A DNA stretch of 64,000 nucleotides from Gnetum montanum (GCA_015680685.1 MNCI01001065.1:366602-430601); one strand, 5' to 3'. Positions 26,135-39,015 are shown, counted from the stretch's first letter. Program-made: numbers and translations. Notes: generated from the letters alone by a model not told the origin.

Positions 26135-29100
26135 ATGGCTGCATCAAGCACTGCCATCAACACTGTTAGCCTTGAAGACCCTTGGATGCTATAGGTTACA
26201 CCTCCTATTGTCGAGCCACCAACCAGTCTGGTGTGGCCACGTCGATTCCTCAGGAATCAAAACAAAGAGCCTAAGGGACATGCTCAGCGCACAAAACACT
26301 ACAACTTCCTTTGTGCCAAGCTTGTGGCAAACCTGCCCATGTACCCACAGGAACTTGAAATGAAACACGAATATGAGTTCATCTACCGTAACGAGAAGGA
26401 ATTCGTGCCTTCGCCTGATGCTTCCACACCCCTGATGGACCAACAACAATGGATGTTGGACCAGCTATTAATGGCCAGGGCATCAGTAGAATAGCGAGAT
26501 GAGATGTAGTGTGATGAAGAATCCCACGATGGGCAAGAGGACTTAGATTCCCACTTCGAGGGAGGTAGTCACACCAGCTTTGTCGTGGCTCCTCCCTCCA
26601 TAGCGTCCCACGTAAATCTGCTGTTTATGGTCACTACGCCATTATCATTAACTATTGTCGACTGCATGGTGCATAACACACAACGACATTTCTTCTCTTT
26701 GGTTACCCTCCCAGGTGGTATTCCTTTACAGACCATTCCTCCGCAGTCACAGTTAGCCAATCCATCTCATCGCATATCTGTGCCTACGTCATCGTATGTG
26801 AACGTAGTGCCTACTTTGCAATTGCACGTAGCTCCAACATTCGTCCCAAATCACACGATAAGACCTACCACTACAACGTGGTGGGATCCAAACACATCAT
26901 CCCTTGTCACACATCCTACGCAGATGTCCCATATTCACCACCATCAGCACCAAGTCTCGCAGATGCTAAACCTCACATTGTCTATGCCCCTGGCCATGCA
27001 AGTCGTGCATCCCATGGCACAGTCGATGGTGGTTGCCCCATCTGCACAACCTACAGGGTGGTGGATGTCACAAGCGGCACTGCCTACAGGGGCAGTCCCG
27101 ATAACATCGCACATAGGCCAAGCTTCCACCCCTATCCCTCCATCCAATGTGGCTCATCCTACAATTCCACAAATAACCTCTTCATTCACAGGTCTAGATC
27201 AAGCCTTCCAACTTATTTAGATCATTACTGAAGAGGTTAAATGCCTCAAGGTTGCTGATTTTGACACAAAACAGGTCATGGATTTTTACCATGAAGACCC
27301 TATCAATCCGGTAGTTCCTGTTTTGTCGTTGTCCCCTAGGATGCCACTCCCCCATTTTACAAAATACAATGGGGAAGGTGATCCCAACATCCATCTAGTC
27401 ACCTTCAGGTTAGAGTCATTGTTATTGTAACAATGGCCACATACCATCATCCGTGTCTTTGCTATGTCCCTAATGGGTAAAGCTTTAGATTGGTATTGAG
27501 CACTCCCACGCTCTTCCATCTCGACCTTGGAAGAGCTGCTAACTCAGTTCATGACTCGTTTCAAATACAACATGAAACCAAAAGTCACACTGGATCAGCT
27601 CATGGGAGTCAAGCAAGATCTACTTGAGTTAGTCCAAAAGTTTATACAGCGGTGGAGCACCACCTTGAATGAAATCCATGAACCCATCGTGGAGGCTCAT
27701 CTGTTGGCAATCTTCAAGGGGGTAGTTAAGGACTTTATCAAGTCTAAGTTATACTACCTTGCTCCCCGCTCCCTTAGCCAAGCCTTCGCTCAGACTACGA
27801 GTATTCAAGACACAGTAGAGGCTAGCAAAGACCCAGCGTATGTGATCTACAAAAATGCCCACAACAAGGGTAAAGAGAAAGGCAAAGCTACGACAACGAC
27901 TGTAGCAGTGGTAGCTGAGGGGGCTAAGAAGAAAAATAACAACAAGAAGGCATCTACGACACCCGTTGAAGCCACAACTAGCTCTAATAGCACTGATCAG
28001 GAAACATCACCTACCCCTAAGGCTCCTCTATAGCCGAGGCCTAATTTTGATCGTAAAGATTGCTCAAAATACACGGCTCTACCTGTGAAGCCTTAGAACT
28101 TCTGAAGCAACTACTGGGAATTAGCCATATCCAACATAAGACGGTATTCGAGGAGGCTTTGAAATGCCACAGATGCCATTACGAGTTGCTTAAGAACCCC
28201 TCCTTGGCTCTGCCTAATGAATCACTAGTCCCCAAGAACTTCAGGTTGTATCATTTTTGCGACTACCACCAACTGTGTGGTCATGATACGTATTACTGAT
28301 GGGCGTTGAAAGATGACATTCAATGCATGATTGATCAAGGTAAACTGATCTTAGACAACACTAGTCCAATCTGTCTCGAAAACCAGTCCATGCATGTGTA
28401 CCAAGACCTGTTAAATGCAAATAATGTAGGGTACACTATCAACGTAGTGGGCACAGAAGGAGATAGCCGAGAATAGCCAAAGTAACCCTTTGTGTTGCAT
28501 GTATCTCCTCGCCCACCTCAGATGACAAGCTTGTCAACATCAATGAGTGCGGCTCAATGACACCCTTTTGTCCTCCGAATCTCATCTCAGACCTTTGTTC
28601 CACAACCCCCTGCTAGTAAAGTCGTGGCCCAGCCCGCGCCAGACCAAGGGCACCCTTTGTCATCAGGGTGTTAAAGCTATCAGTTGCTCCTGCTATGCAG
28701 GAGCAAATCTCTAAGCTAACACCCCAATCAAAACCTAACAAGAAGGGAGAAGGGCGTATGATGGGTAACACAGCCAAGGGCCGCCTTATGCTGGGGTTTC
28801 CCAAGCCTACACCCCTCGCCTCGGTGCCCTTGGCCCCACCTTCTAAAAAAGATGACGTTACGCAAATGCGACCATTTTCTCCCTGCCTAAGAAAAAAATC
28901 CTCAACTAGAAACTATTCTTCCTTGAGAGATCCATCTCCTAGGATGAATGGAAGAAGAGAAGGGTAACAAACAACCAGATCACGGGCATGATCTCCTTGA
29001 CGCTTTTACACAGGTCAAGCAGGCTCTCAAATAGAAAAATACAACACTGAGCCTGTACGACTTGCTAATGACATCCCAAAGACATCATGAAGCCATGGTT

Positions 29101-29890
29101 CACATGCTAACTTCCATACCCATGGACTAGAGCTTGCCAGTGGATGAAAAGGCAATCCATTCAGTTATGCTTCCTCCCACTGCTGAACAACCACGGCCCT
29201 CCCAGCTCACATTTCATGACAAGTCCATTAAGGACAACCCAGAAAAGGGTCAGGTGACAACAACGCCCATGTTCATCATTATCCAGGTCAGCCAGTATAG
29301 GAGTCAGAGAGTACACGTAGATGATGGGGCTGCTGCCAATGTCATTCCTTTCCCCATCCTGGACAAACTGGGTTTGCTCAACCAGATCAATCCCACAACA
29401 ACGTCATGTTTAAAGTCATTCAATGGGACACGAGTGCAAGTTAAGGGAACGGTGCACATCAACTTTGTAGTAGGGGATCAATTCTCCACTAATGCAGTGT
29501 TCATCATCGTCGAGGAGATGCCCAGTTTCAACCTAATCTTGGGGAGGTCTTGGTTGGCTCAACTAAGGAAAGTCTCATCACCCATTCATCAAGAGATCCA
29601 CTTGCCCTACGCAAGAGGGGAAGTGATCATCCATGGTAATAAGATGATCCCTCAAGTTGTTAACAACGTAGAAATGGAACAGGGTTTGGAAGTTGAAATC
29701 CCCGAAGATCAGTCTCCTATTGAAACGCTTGAACAGGCTGACACAGTGGCTGATGAATGCTTGACTTGGGCTGAACTAGCCTTCCATGGAGAATATGGCA
29801 GCATGGAGGAATGGAGTAATAAACCTCCTCGCCCATATACATCGCCAAGTCTAAAAATGATCAAGAAGTAGCTGCGAGGCTAATCGATAA
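26135..29890 (+). pseudogene. gag: Element C gag-protease, degenerate
   Basis: ORFs 26231-26494, 26585-27220, 27527-28033, 28060-28299 (FCDYHQLCGHDT) and 29134-29871 (RVHVDDGAAANVIP…FNLILGRSWL). Confidence 0.92.
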
Positions 29891-29980
29891 AAATGTTAGC
29901 GTAACATGTCATATCAGTGTACATTGTTTACTATCACACAGTCCACATTCTTTTATGCCACATTGTTATCGTTATGCTAA

Positions 29981-30268
29981 TTATGACCCGCTACGGCCTA
30001 AAACTGGCAATTTTGTTTACTTTTTTTTTACGCTTACGACGAAATGGCCCGAAATGGCCTTAAACTAATTATGACCCACTATGGCCTAAAATTGGCAATT
30101 TTGTTTACTTTTTTTTACACTTACAATGAAATGGCCTGAAATGGCCTTAAACTAGTTACGGCCTGCTACGGCCTAAACCTAGCAATTTGGTTTACTTTTT
30201 TTTTTACGCTTACGACGAAATGGCCTGAAATGGCCTTAAACTATTAACGGCCCATAGTGGCCTAAAAC
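29981..30268 (+). repeat. Array 1 of element C: three ~88-bp units, each with two hairpin-TAAACT motifs
   Basis: gacccgctacggcctaaaactggcaattttgtttac(t)n acgcttacgacgaaatggcccgaaatggccttaaacta repeated three times. Confidence 0.95.
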
Positions 30269-30360
30269 GCATAACCTCTCTAACGATACATTTCCTTTCA
30301 AAAATATTTTTTTTTATTTTATGATCGCATTGATCTAAGAACGCTACTCTTCATTCCTTT

Positions 30361-33300
30361 TCATTGTGACAAGATGTTTGGGCTAATATCGCCATGCTAC
30401 ACATCCCCTTTGCTACCACTCTTATCCGCATCGTCTAACCTTAGCTCCACCTCATGAGGGTAATCTTCGTAAGGACCTTCTTTACACGGTGTTTCTTTAA
30501 GCAGATGATCCTCTTTGTCAGGACCATTGTCTCTATTACGCTTTTCTTCATGAGGACCCTCTTTGTGACGATCCTGCGATTTGACATGAAACACATGTTA
30601 GCATCACCACCGAAACTATGCATAATAAGAATACAATAGTCCTATAACTTACCTGTGATGATCCTGTGTCAGCTGTGAAAAGAATTTGTTCCAAGCCAAC
30701 CCATAGGCGTTGCATGATCTCATCCTCGGTAAGCTTAGACCAAACGCCATCTCCTAGATTAGTTCCAGCCTTAACCTTCCCCTTTTCCATAGGAGTCCAT
30801 TGGGGTGGTTCAGGGAAGAAGGAAGGGATAGTGGTTTCCCTGCTAGGGAGGGTTATTTCTCTCTCTGGGGAGGCGCTTACCGTCACTTGCTCCTAAAACT
30901 TTTCATATGCTCCGGAAGCACCGATGACATCGAGGAATAGCTGGAGGGACCGCGCTTCAACAACAGAATCCCTGTAATGTTGGTGGTAGGCAGCACTTTC
31001 TCAATTATACACATGCTTGTGATCCTTTTGTGCTTGCCCCCATGCTTGGACCCTCATGCTGAAATCCTTCCAGTCTTGGTTCTTCTGGGCTAGGAGATTC
31101 ATTTTCATCCGTTGCTCAATGAGCTCATGGATGGCTTGGACGTTGTTTCTGACGACTATCCAATAACGAGCATAGTCAATCACAGCCATCCACCAATTCT
31201 CATCATTAGTCTCCTAAGCTTGTAGAAATTCATTTCGAGACTCTAGGTCCTCAACCTTATTGGTTAGGGACGTCTTCTCCTTTTCTGCTTTTTGTAGCCT
31301 CTTCCAAAGATCTTCGTTGACGTTCTGACAATCTCATAAAGAGCGGGTTGAGCGTAACACACATTTATGCATTTCATCGTAAAGGTTGCGTGGCACTTCG
31401 GTCACCTCCGATGAGGGTTTAGGGGTGGTGTCTAAGTCAACGGGCTCTTTGGGATCCCATCTGAGGTGAGATCCTGTAACATAAAAATAACAGTTAGGCG
31501 TAACAAAATAATGCAATGTCACAATGCCAATAATCCTTGTGTAATAATATGACTGATCTCAGGGTCGATTCGCTCTAGGCGACTAATCATATCATTCATG
31601 ATGCCCTCTATAAAGGTGAATTTATCAAGAGTCTCACCCCAATGCTGAGTTGGTGCCACTGACAAAGGCACGTCACTATTGTCAGAAGTGCCTACTAAGC
31701 GAACAAAATGACTTAGACATAGTATGGTAGATGTAAAGGGCAACTGAGATGATTACGATAATGTAAAACTTAATTCAACAAAACCCTTAGGAGTAGTAGC
31801 GTGAGGTTTACCTTATGAGAAAAGGTCAAACTCACCAATGACTAACTGCGTCTCTTTTCCTGGCTCATCCAAACGGAACTCGGTGTCCTTTGCAACCGTT
31901 TCCACCTCAGGCATAGAAGCTTGTGTGCTACCCACATTATTAACCGAGGCCTCCTTTTCCAAAACTAGGGCCCCTTCTCCACGTTGTAAAACCATGGCTT
32001 TTGTTTCAAGGATCAATTCCACTACATCCTTCCCTTTTTCTATCAAACAACACAGTTAACCAAAACAAAACTTTATTTACGTTTTACAAGCACTACGTGA
32101 TGCAACGACGTCTATACGTAGCGTAATATGCATAAACTAATCATACATTGTTCTACTTACCAGTCAGCGGGTCATTCCTATGAAACCTAATTCGTAGTTT
32201 CCTTCCCTATTCAGCAGTTGGGCCAAACGATTCCACGATTGAACGATGCTTTTTCTGCTGGGTTGATGAACTCACTATTTCTTCTACCAAGAGTTTCCCC
32301 CTCAATGCACTACCAGTGTAAGAAGGGAATGCCCCATCCACACTATCTTGGGTGCGCATGGGAGGCGCCGCTAGATCTTTAGTCATAAGTGAAAACGAAT
32401 CCTTGATACCTTCAGGGCGATCTTGTGACCAAATGGTGCAAAAAACCTAGGAAATCCATGGTTTGAAAATCTAGTTACGATCTTGCTGCACCTAGACTCT
32501 ATCCCTATGAATCACCAGGAATTCAGCAAAACACCGAAAACAAGCTATAAAAAAGGTGAAATACATGTTGAAATGAGACTCAAGCTTCTTGTGAAGCTTG
32601 ACCATTTCAGCCTGCAGGCCTTCAGCGGGGTAACTGGCCCAATTATACCATGTTCCCTCCTCCATAACCTCCCGCATGATCCAAGCCTGCTCTATGGTAA
32701 GGATTCTTCCCTGGGAGAGCAACTTGGGGAAGGTGTGGGTTCGGAAGAGGGGATAAATGGTATTAGCCACCTCTAGCTAGATTTTATCAGCAAGGATACC
32801 TTTTGGTTCCTTTTTAACCCCTAGCCACTCCTCTATCTTCTTTTGGTGCTTAGAACTCCTCTTTGACCTTTCTTCTACTAGAGGGCCATCAGAGGGAATT
32901 CCAAAAAAGTTAGCGAATAGTCGAGCATCAATATCAAAACTCACACGCACGTTACGCATGCGCATGTAAAGATGCTTGGCTTTTTTGCTGAAGGAATCAA
33001 CTAAGGTTAACATTTCGGCTGCAGTGACATTGGGGGTTATAGCCAAGAATAGCTCCATTAGTCTAGCTTCTCGGAGGTTATTGGTTAAGGCAGCTGGGGC
33101 CACTCCATGGCAGAGCCAATGTTGCGCTTCTTTTATGTCGCCATAACGAAAAAAGAGACTACTCGTTTCATGCCCAGAGGCTATCAATGTGACCTCCCAT
33201 GATTCCCTAACTGTGGACATAAAGCAATGGTATAGACAGTATAGCAAAATAATATAATTTTATACATTATTTCCATTTCGTAAGATTGTACAATGGACCA

Positions 33301-34611
33301 CCATAGTGTATTTTACCGTGTCTGAAAGGTGAAGGAAACAATGGAATTTTCTCATGCACGTCCTCAATGGTGATAGGACGATCCAAAGTCCACTCCTTGT
33401 CTAGCCATCCAAAGTGTTTACACTTGGTGAAAAATTTAACATACCGAATAGGGTAGTGTGGGATTTCAAATCCTAGTTATCCTAGGACACTAGCACGCAC
33501 GTTGCTAATAGAGGTGATTCCTTTATGGTCGTCTCGGCCATGGATAACATGTCTGTATCACCTTGAAGACCATTTGTATCGATAAAAAACCTATATCACA
33601 TAATGTAGATAATTTTTTATACTTAACACGAAATCAAACAATAGTTAGCACATCATAACGCAGTGGAAACACTTACGCACCTGCATAATACATAATGCTA
33701 GGTGGATTCTACAAGTAGGTCGTGAGATGATGAGCCACGAACATCGTATTGTAGGCGTGATGACAATTAAACTTGGACATCTTCCAGATTCAAGATAAAT
33801 GCCTCAAACCCTTGGTGCTCTGTTCACAGTCTTGCACTCGCACAGTTTCGATTGAGCCGTCCACCAGAAATGTTAAGATGCTCTGCGTTGATCCAACCAG
33901 TAGCATCTCCAGAATGGCGGCAGTTGTCTCGACCGGTAGATGCGAGCAAATAATTACGCTGAAATTATGCAACAAGAATTGCAAAAACTCCCGTGCCCCT
34001 TTTCGGAACCAAACCGCCTCCTCCCCCACACGAGCATGAGGAGGAGGAACATTGGCCACGGGGACATGTAAATAGCACAGAACGCCCACAATGTCTAAGA
34101 CGATCAGGACAGGTTTTAGCGTAATCCTTTACAATAAAGCACACTACCATTAGGAAAAGAAATTTAGACATACTAATGACGTCAAAACAAAAAAAATTAA
34201 AAAAGGATCATAAAAATCCATTACACAACACTAGAGTTTCCGTCACCATTGACCCCTAGAAAATCATAGGTTACACTAGAAATGCATTACCAAAAGATTG
34301 CCCAAACCCTTGCGACGGTGCAAAGTTTATCTCTGACAATGACAATAGCGGTAATATTACAAACTACAATAGCTTAGCCCGCGTCAAGCAGGTATCAACG
34401 CCTGACATAATACACATCTTCAGAACAAATGCAATTACGACACCATGACAACGAAAATAAAAATCACGTAGGAAAGGTAAAAAACAACCTACTGGGCAGG
34501 TGGAGTAGCCTCCTGAGTTTCGACCTGGGCCTTTGAAATTCGGTTCAAACTCTCCTGCACTTCATTGATCTTTGCCAATTTGACATGTTTTCCTTTGGTC
34601 TTCGGTGCCAT
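30361..34611 (-). pseudogene. Element C antisense gene, about 9 exons: FCP1/NIF-like HAD domain, plant-transposon-protein-like domain, coiled coil, charged tail
   Basis: ATG at 34611 (MAPKTKGKHVKLAK); approximate exons 34611-34492, 34402-34248, 34126-33680, 33590-33317, 33180-32161, 32040-31836, 31743-31554, 31473-30653, 30573-30361; clear GT-AG intron 30574-30652; exon homology and intron positions shared with D and B; several inner boundaries approximate. Confidence 0.8.
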
Positions 34612-35195
34612 GGTTACACTCAAACAACCTTTGCAAAATCATCTACTTACACCTTCCTTTTGATTTCCTCCTGCTATAGTGTAATTCAAATTCGCGATGT
34701 TTACAGTCTGCTTTGAAGATGAACCATTGGCTTATAAACATGATGGTTGAAGCTAGTTGTTTTAGTGTCCGATCAATGAAGAAATTTCCCAAAGGCAGGT
34801 ATGTCAGTGCAACATGAAGCGTGAAGATCGCAACATTAAACTCATAGATATCACATTGAATGTTATCCAAAAAGACCCTAAACTAACGCGTAGTTTATCG
34901 TCTCATAATTCGGTTACATTAATTACGGTTAGCACCAAAATTCTAAATTAGCTATATTGACATGCTAGACATGCCACGGTATACCTTTCATCATAGCTCG
35001 TAGAAACCTTACGCTAATACCTAGGAGGCTTGGCTTGCTGTTTTCTCACAAACTGTGTATATTGTAATGGTCCGCTAAGACCTTAAACTGGCGCCCTGCT
35101 AACACGTACCACTAAAACCTTCTATCATTGCATCATAGTGACAAAAACAATGTAATAACTTCCATTCTTGGCAATTTTGCAAGTCAAATTCACAA

Positions 35196-38100
35196 ATGGA
35201 CAAAGCTTTACTCGCACCCCTAGCCATAACTAGCCCATATGGGAAAATTGTTAGGCAGCCTGATCTTGCATTGATAGGAACTGATGCTTTCTCCTGTGAC
35301 ATAACCATAGCAGCCTCGAAAACATCCCCAAACTGGACAGAACCTTAGACTTGGAAGTTGGTGATGTGACTGAGGATCCCCTTACCGAGGTCCCTGTTGT
35401 TATGTACAAAGGGGAAAGTAAAACTCTAAAGGTTAGTTCTATTCTTGACCAATAGACATAAAGTGCCATATCGCGAGTGCTCCAAAATAACATTGCTGCA
35501 TTCGCATGGTCGTATGAAGACATGCCAGGTTTAGACCCGAGACTAATATAGCACAACATAGTTTTAGACCCGCATATCAAAGCAATTAAACAGAAGGCAT
35601 GGAAGGTTAAGCTCGAAATCGCACTGACAATATGTGATGAAATCACTAAGTTGTATCAGGCTGGTTTCATTTGCATGGTCAATTATTCAGACTGAGTGTC
35701 GAACATTGTAGTTGTCTCTAAGAAAATGGGAGGAATACACATCTGTATAGACTTCTGCGATTTGAAAAAGGCAACGATTAAAGATAACTTCCTGTTACGA
35801 AGTATCGACTAGCTTATCAATACAATAGCTGGACATGCCTTGCTATCCTTCATGGATGGGTTTTTGGGCTATAATCAAATCCGTATCAACCTAGAACATC
35901 AATTAACTACAACCTTCATGACACCCTGGGGAACTTTCTGCTACACCATGATGCCTTTTGGGTTAAAAAATGCTGGAGTAACTTATCAACATGCCATGAC
36001 ATACATCTTTAGTGATTACATCTTAGAGAGATTGAACGATTACGTATACGACATAGCTGTCAAATCTAAGAAGTCGGAAGATCATCCAGAAGACCTAGAG
36101 TTGATCCTTAAGTGATGTCTCAGGCACGACCTACTGCTCAACCTAAGAAAATGCGTATTTGTAGTCAAAATTGGACGCATGTTGGGGTTTGTGGTATCAG
36201 AGATTGGCATACGAGTCGAACCCAACAAGGTTAAGGCCATCGTTTACCTAACATCACCTACAAACCTCACAGAACTACGTGGGTTGCAGGGTAGGTTGCA
36301 ATTTATCAGGTGGTTCATCTCAAAATTAACAAACAAATTAAGTCCTATGCAACATCTGCTCAAGAAAGGTGTTACCTTTGAATGGACCGAGGACTGTTAA
36401 CATGTGTTTAATGACCTGAAGAAAGAGCTATTACATTTGCCAACAGTTTTCCCACCATAAAGGGATCAGCCTTTCTACATCTACTTGGCAAGCTCAGATA
36501 TGTCTATAGCTGTGTTGTTGTGCCAAAAAAAGGATGACGGGTCAGAAGTCCCTATCTATTATCCAAGTCACACTCTATTTGCATACAAAACAAGGTATAA
36601 TGAAGTAGAGCGTAATTGTTTGACATTGGTGTTTGCACTAAAAAAATGTAGACACTATCTTTTCCATAGCCAAGTCAACATAATTTGCAAGAACAACATT
36701 CCATGGGCCATCACAAACAATTTATACAAGAGCAGTAGGATAGCACATTGGAAGGCTATCATAGCGAAATTTGACTTGCATTACGTCAGCCAATCATCCA
36801 TGAAAGGCCAGGCCATAGTCGACTAGCCTATAACATCACCTGTTGACGATCAAGCCATGATAGAGCCCAAGTTCCCTGATGAATAGATACATAGTTTAAG
36901 CCTTGTATCGACAGGCCTTGAAGTGATGTTATACTTCTATGGAGCTTCGACTACCAGAGGTGGTAGTGCTGCCATCGTCATTATGCTCTCCCCTGAAGAT
37001 GTTCACCCATTGGCTTACCGCCTAGCATTTCCTTGTATGAACAATGCGGTAGAGTATGAGGGGCTCCTCAGGGGATTGTTAATAGCTAGGGAACTCAACA
37101 TTCAACACTCGAAAATCCTAGGCGATTCGATGCTCGTCATTAATCAAATCATGGGGGTCTATGCCTGCAAAGCTATGCATCTGCAGACCTATTGCGATAT
37201 GGCTAAAGATCTCCTGAGACAATTCACGACAACTGATGTCCAACATGTGCTACGTAATGAGAACACTATAGCCGATGCACTAGCCACACTACCTGTGAAC
37301 ATGCCACCACATTTGTTTGCCACCTTGCCAGTCTTAATGACGGAATGTACAGACCTTGTCGTTCAAGCGATGCAAATCTCTTCTCTAAGCACTGGGGGAA
37401 CGCCAGAATGGTATGATAACATCAAAGCCTACCTTCTGCATGGCGAACCACTGCACGAGTTAACACCTACACAAAAAGACACAGTCCGCAAATGTGCTAG
37501 GCAATATGTCATTATCAGAGACAACACTTTATGTAGACGCTCTTTTGATGGAGTATTGCTAACCTGCGTTAATAACGACCAAGCATAAAGAATAGTTAGC
37601 GAAGTCCATGAAAGACTATGTGGAGGACACATAGCTTTGCGAACCATGGCCACTAAAATCAGACACTTAGGGTATTATTGGTCGTAATGGAACAAGACTG
37701 CCTTACTAAAGTTAAGACATGTGATACATGCCAACGTTACAAAAATTTAATACACATATCACCAACTGAATTGCATACTACACAGATTATTTGGCCATTC
37801 CAACAATGGGGACTAGACATCATAGGCCCCATCACACCTAAGTCTTCCGCAGGACATAGCTTCATGAAGTGGGTTGAGGCTATTCCCCTATGAAAGATTA
37901 CATCTCAACAGGTTTGCCATTTTATCTTGGACAATATAGTAACCAGGTTTGGGCTTCCCATGACTATTGTGACCGACAATAAGCCACAATTTAGTAGTAC
38001 CGAAACCAAATCTTTCTACAGTAACCTTGGTATCAAGCAATCTTTTTCCTCACCTTATTACCCATAAGCAAATGGTCAAGCAGAGGCAAAAAACAAGGTG

Positions 38101-38625
38101 GTCATCAATTTACTAAAAAAGATGCTCAGTAGCAACAAAAAACAATGGCATGAAAAAATATTCTATGTGCTATGGGCTTATCATACGACATGCAGAACAG
38201 CTACTGGTAGGACACCCTATAGCCTAGTCTATGGATCTAAAGCACTGTTGCCCTTGGAACTATAGGTTCCTTCACTGTGGATGGTCCTCTCCACGGTTAT
38301 AAATGAGACTTAACACAATGAGTCAAGGATCATGGATTTAGACTCAGTAGAGGAGAAACACATCTAGACACTCGACAACATCGAAAGATATCAAGACAGG
38401 CAGAAATAGAAGCATCATCACAACCTACATTAGCGACCGATCAAGAAAGGAGACCTAGTTCTCATAGCTGTTCGTGAACCAATGAGAAAATTCTCTGCAA
38501 GTTGGGAAGGCCCTTTCCTGGTTGTCAACACATATGGCAACGGAGCATTTAGGTTAGCAGATATCAATGGCAACGAACTCCCAAACCTGGTGAATCATAT
38601 GTACCTGAAGGGGTACTACATCTAG
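35196..38625 (+). pseudogene. pol: Element C pol: RT, RNase H, archaeal-type RNase H, integrase
   Basis: LSFMDGFLGYNQI, MPFGLKNAG, YVYDI (from YVDD), LYFYGAS…NNAVEYEGLL, WGLDIIGP; stops and frameshifts present. Confidence 0.95.
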
Positions 38626-38657
38626 ATGTTGGCTCAGCCCAAAGGCAAGGTAATAAT

Positions 38658-39015
38658 CGTCCGCTACGACGTAAAATTAGTAGTGTTGTACACATCCGCT
38701 ACGACGTAAAACTAGCATTTCTTGCACGCATCCGCCACGACGCTAAACTGGCAAAATTTTTGACCATCTGCCATGATGTGAAAATGGCAAGGTAAGCATC
38801 CGTATGCTGAGATGCTAAACTAGCATAGACTTGTCCCTGGGTCAAGACACTAAACTGACACCCACAGAACGGTCTTCTACAACCATAAACTAGCTCTTCC
38901 ACCATCTGCTACGATGTAAAACTAGCATGCTTCAGTCTGCCCAGACTTTAAACTGGGACCATGGTTTGCTGGGACTTAAAACCAACAACAACAGTCTACC
39001 AGGACTTGAAACTAG
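38658..39015 (+). repeat. Array 3 of element C: RTCCGCTACGACGTAAAACTRGC motif with variable spacers
   Basis: About ten copies at a 30-37 bp period directly after the pol stop. Confidence 0.9.
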
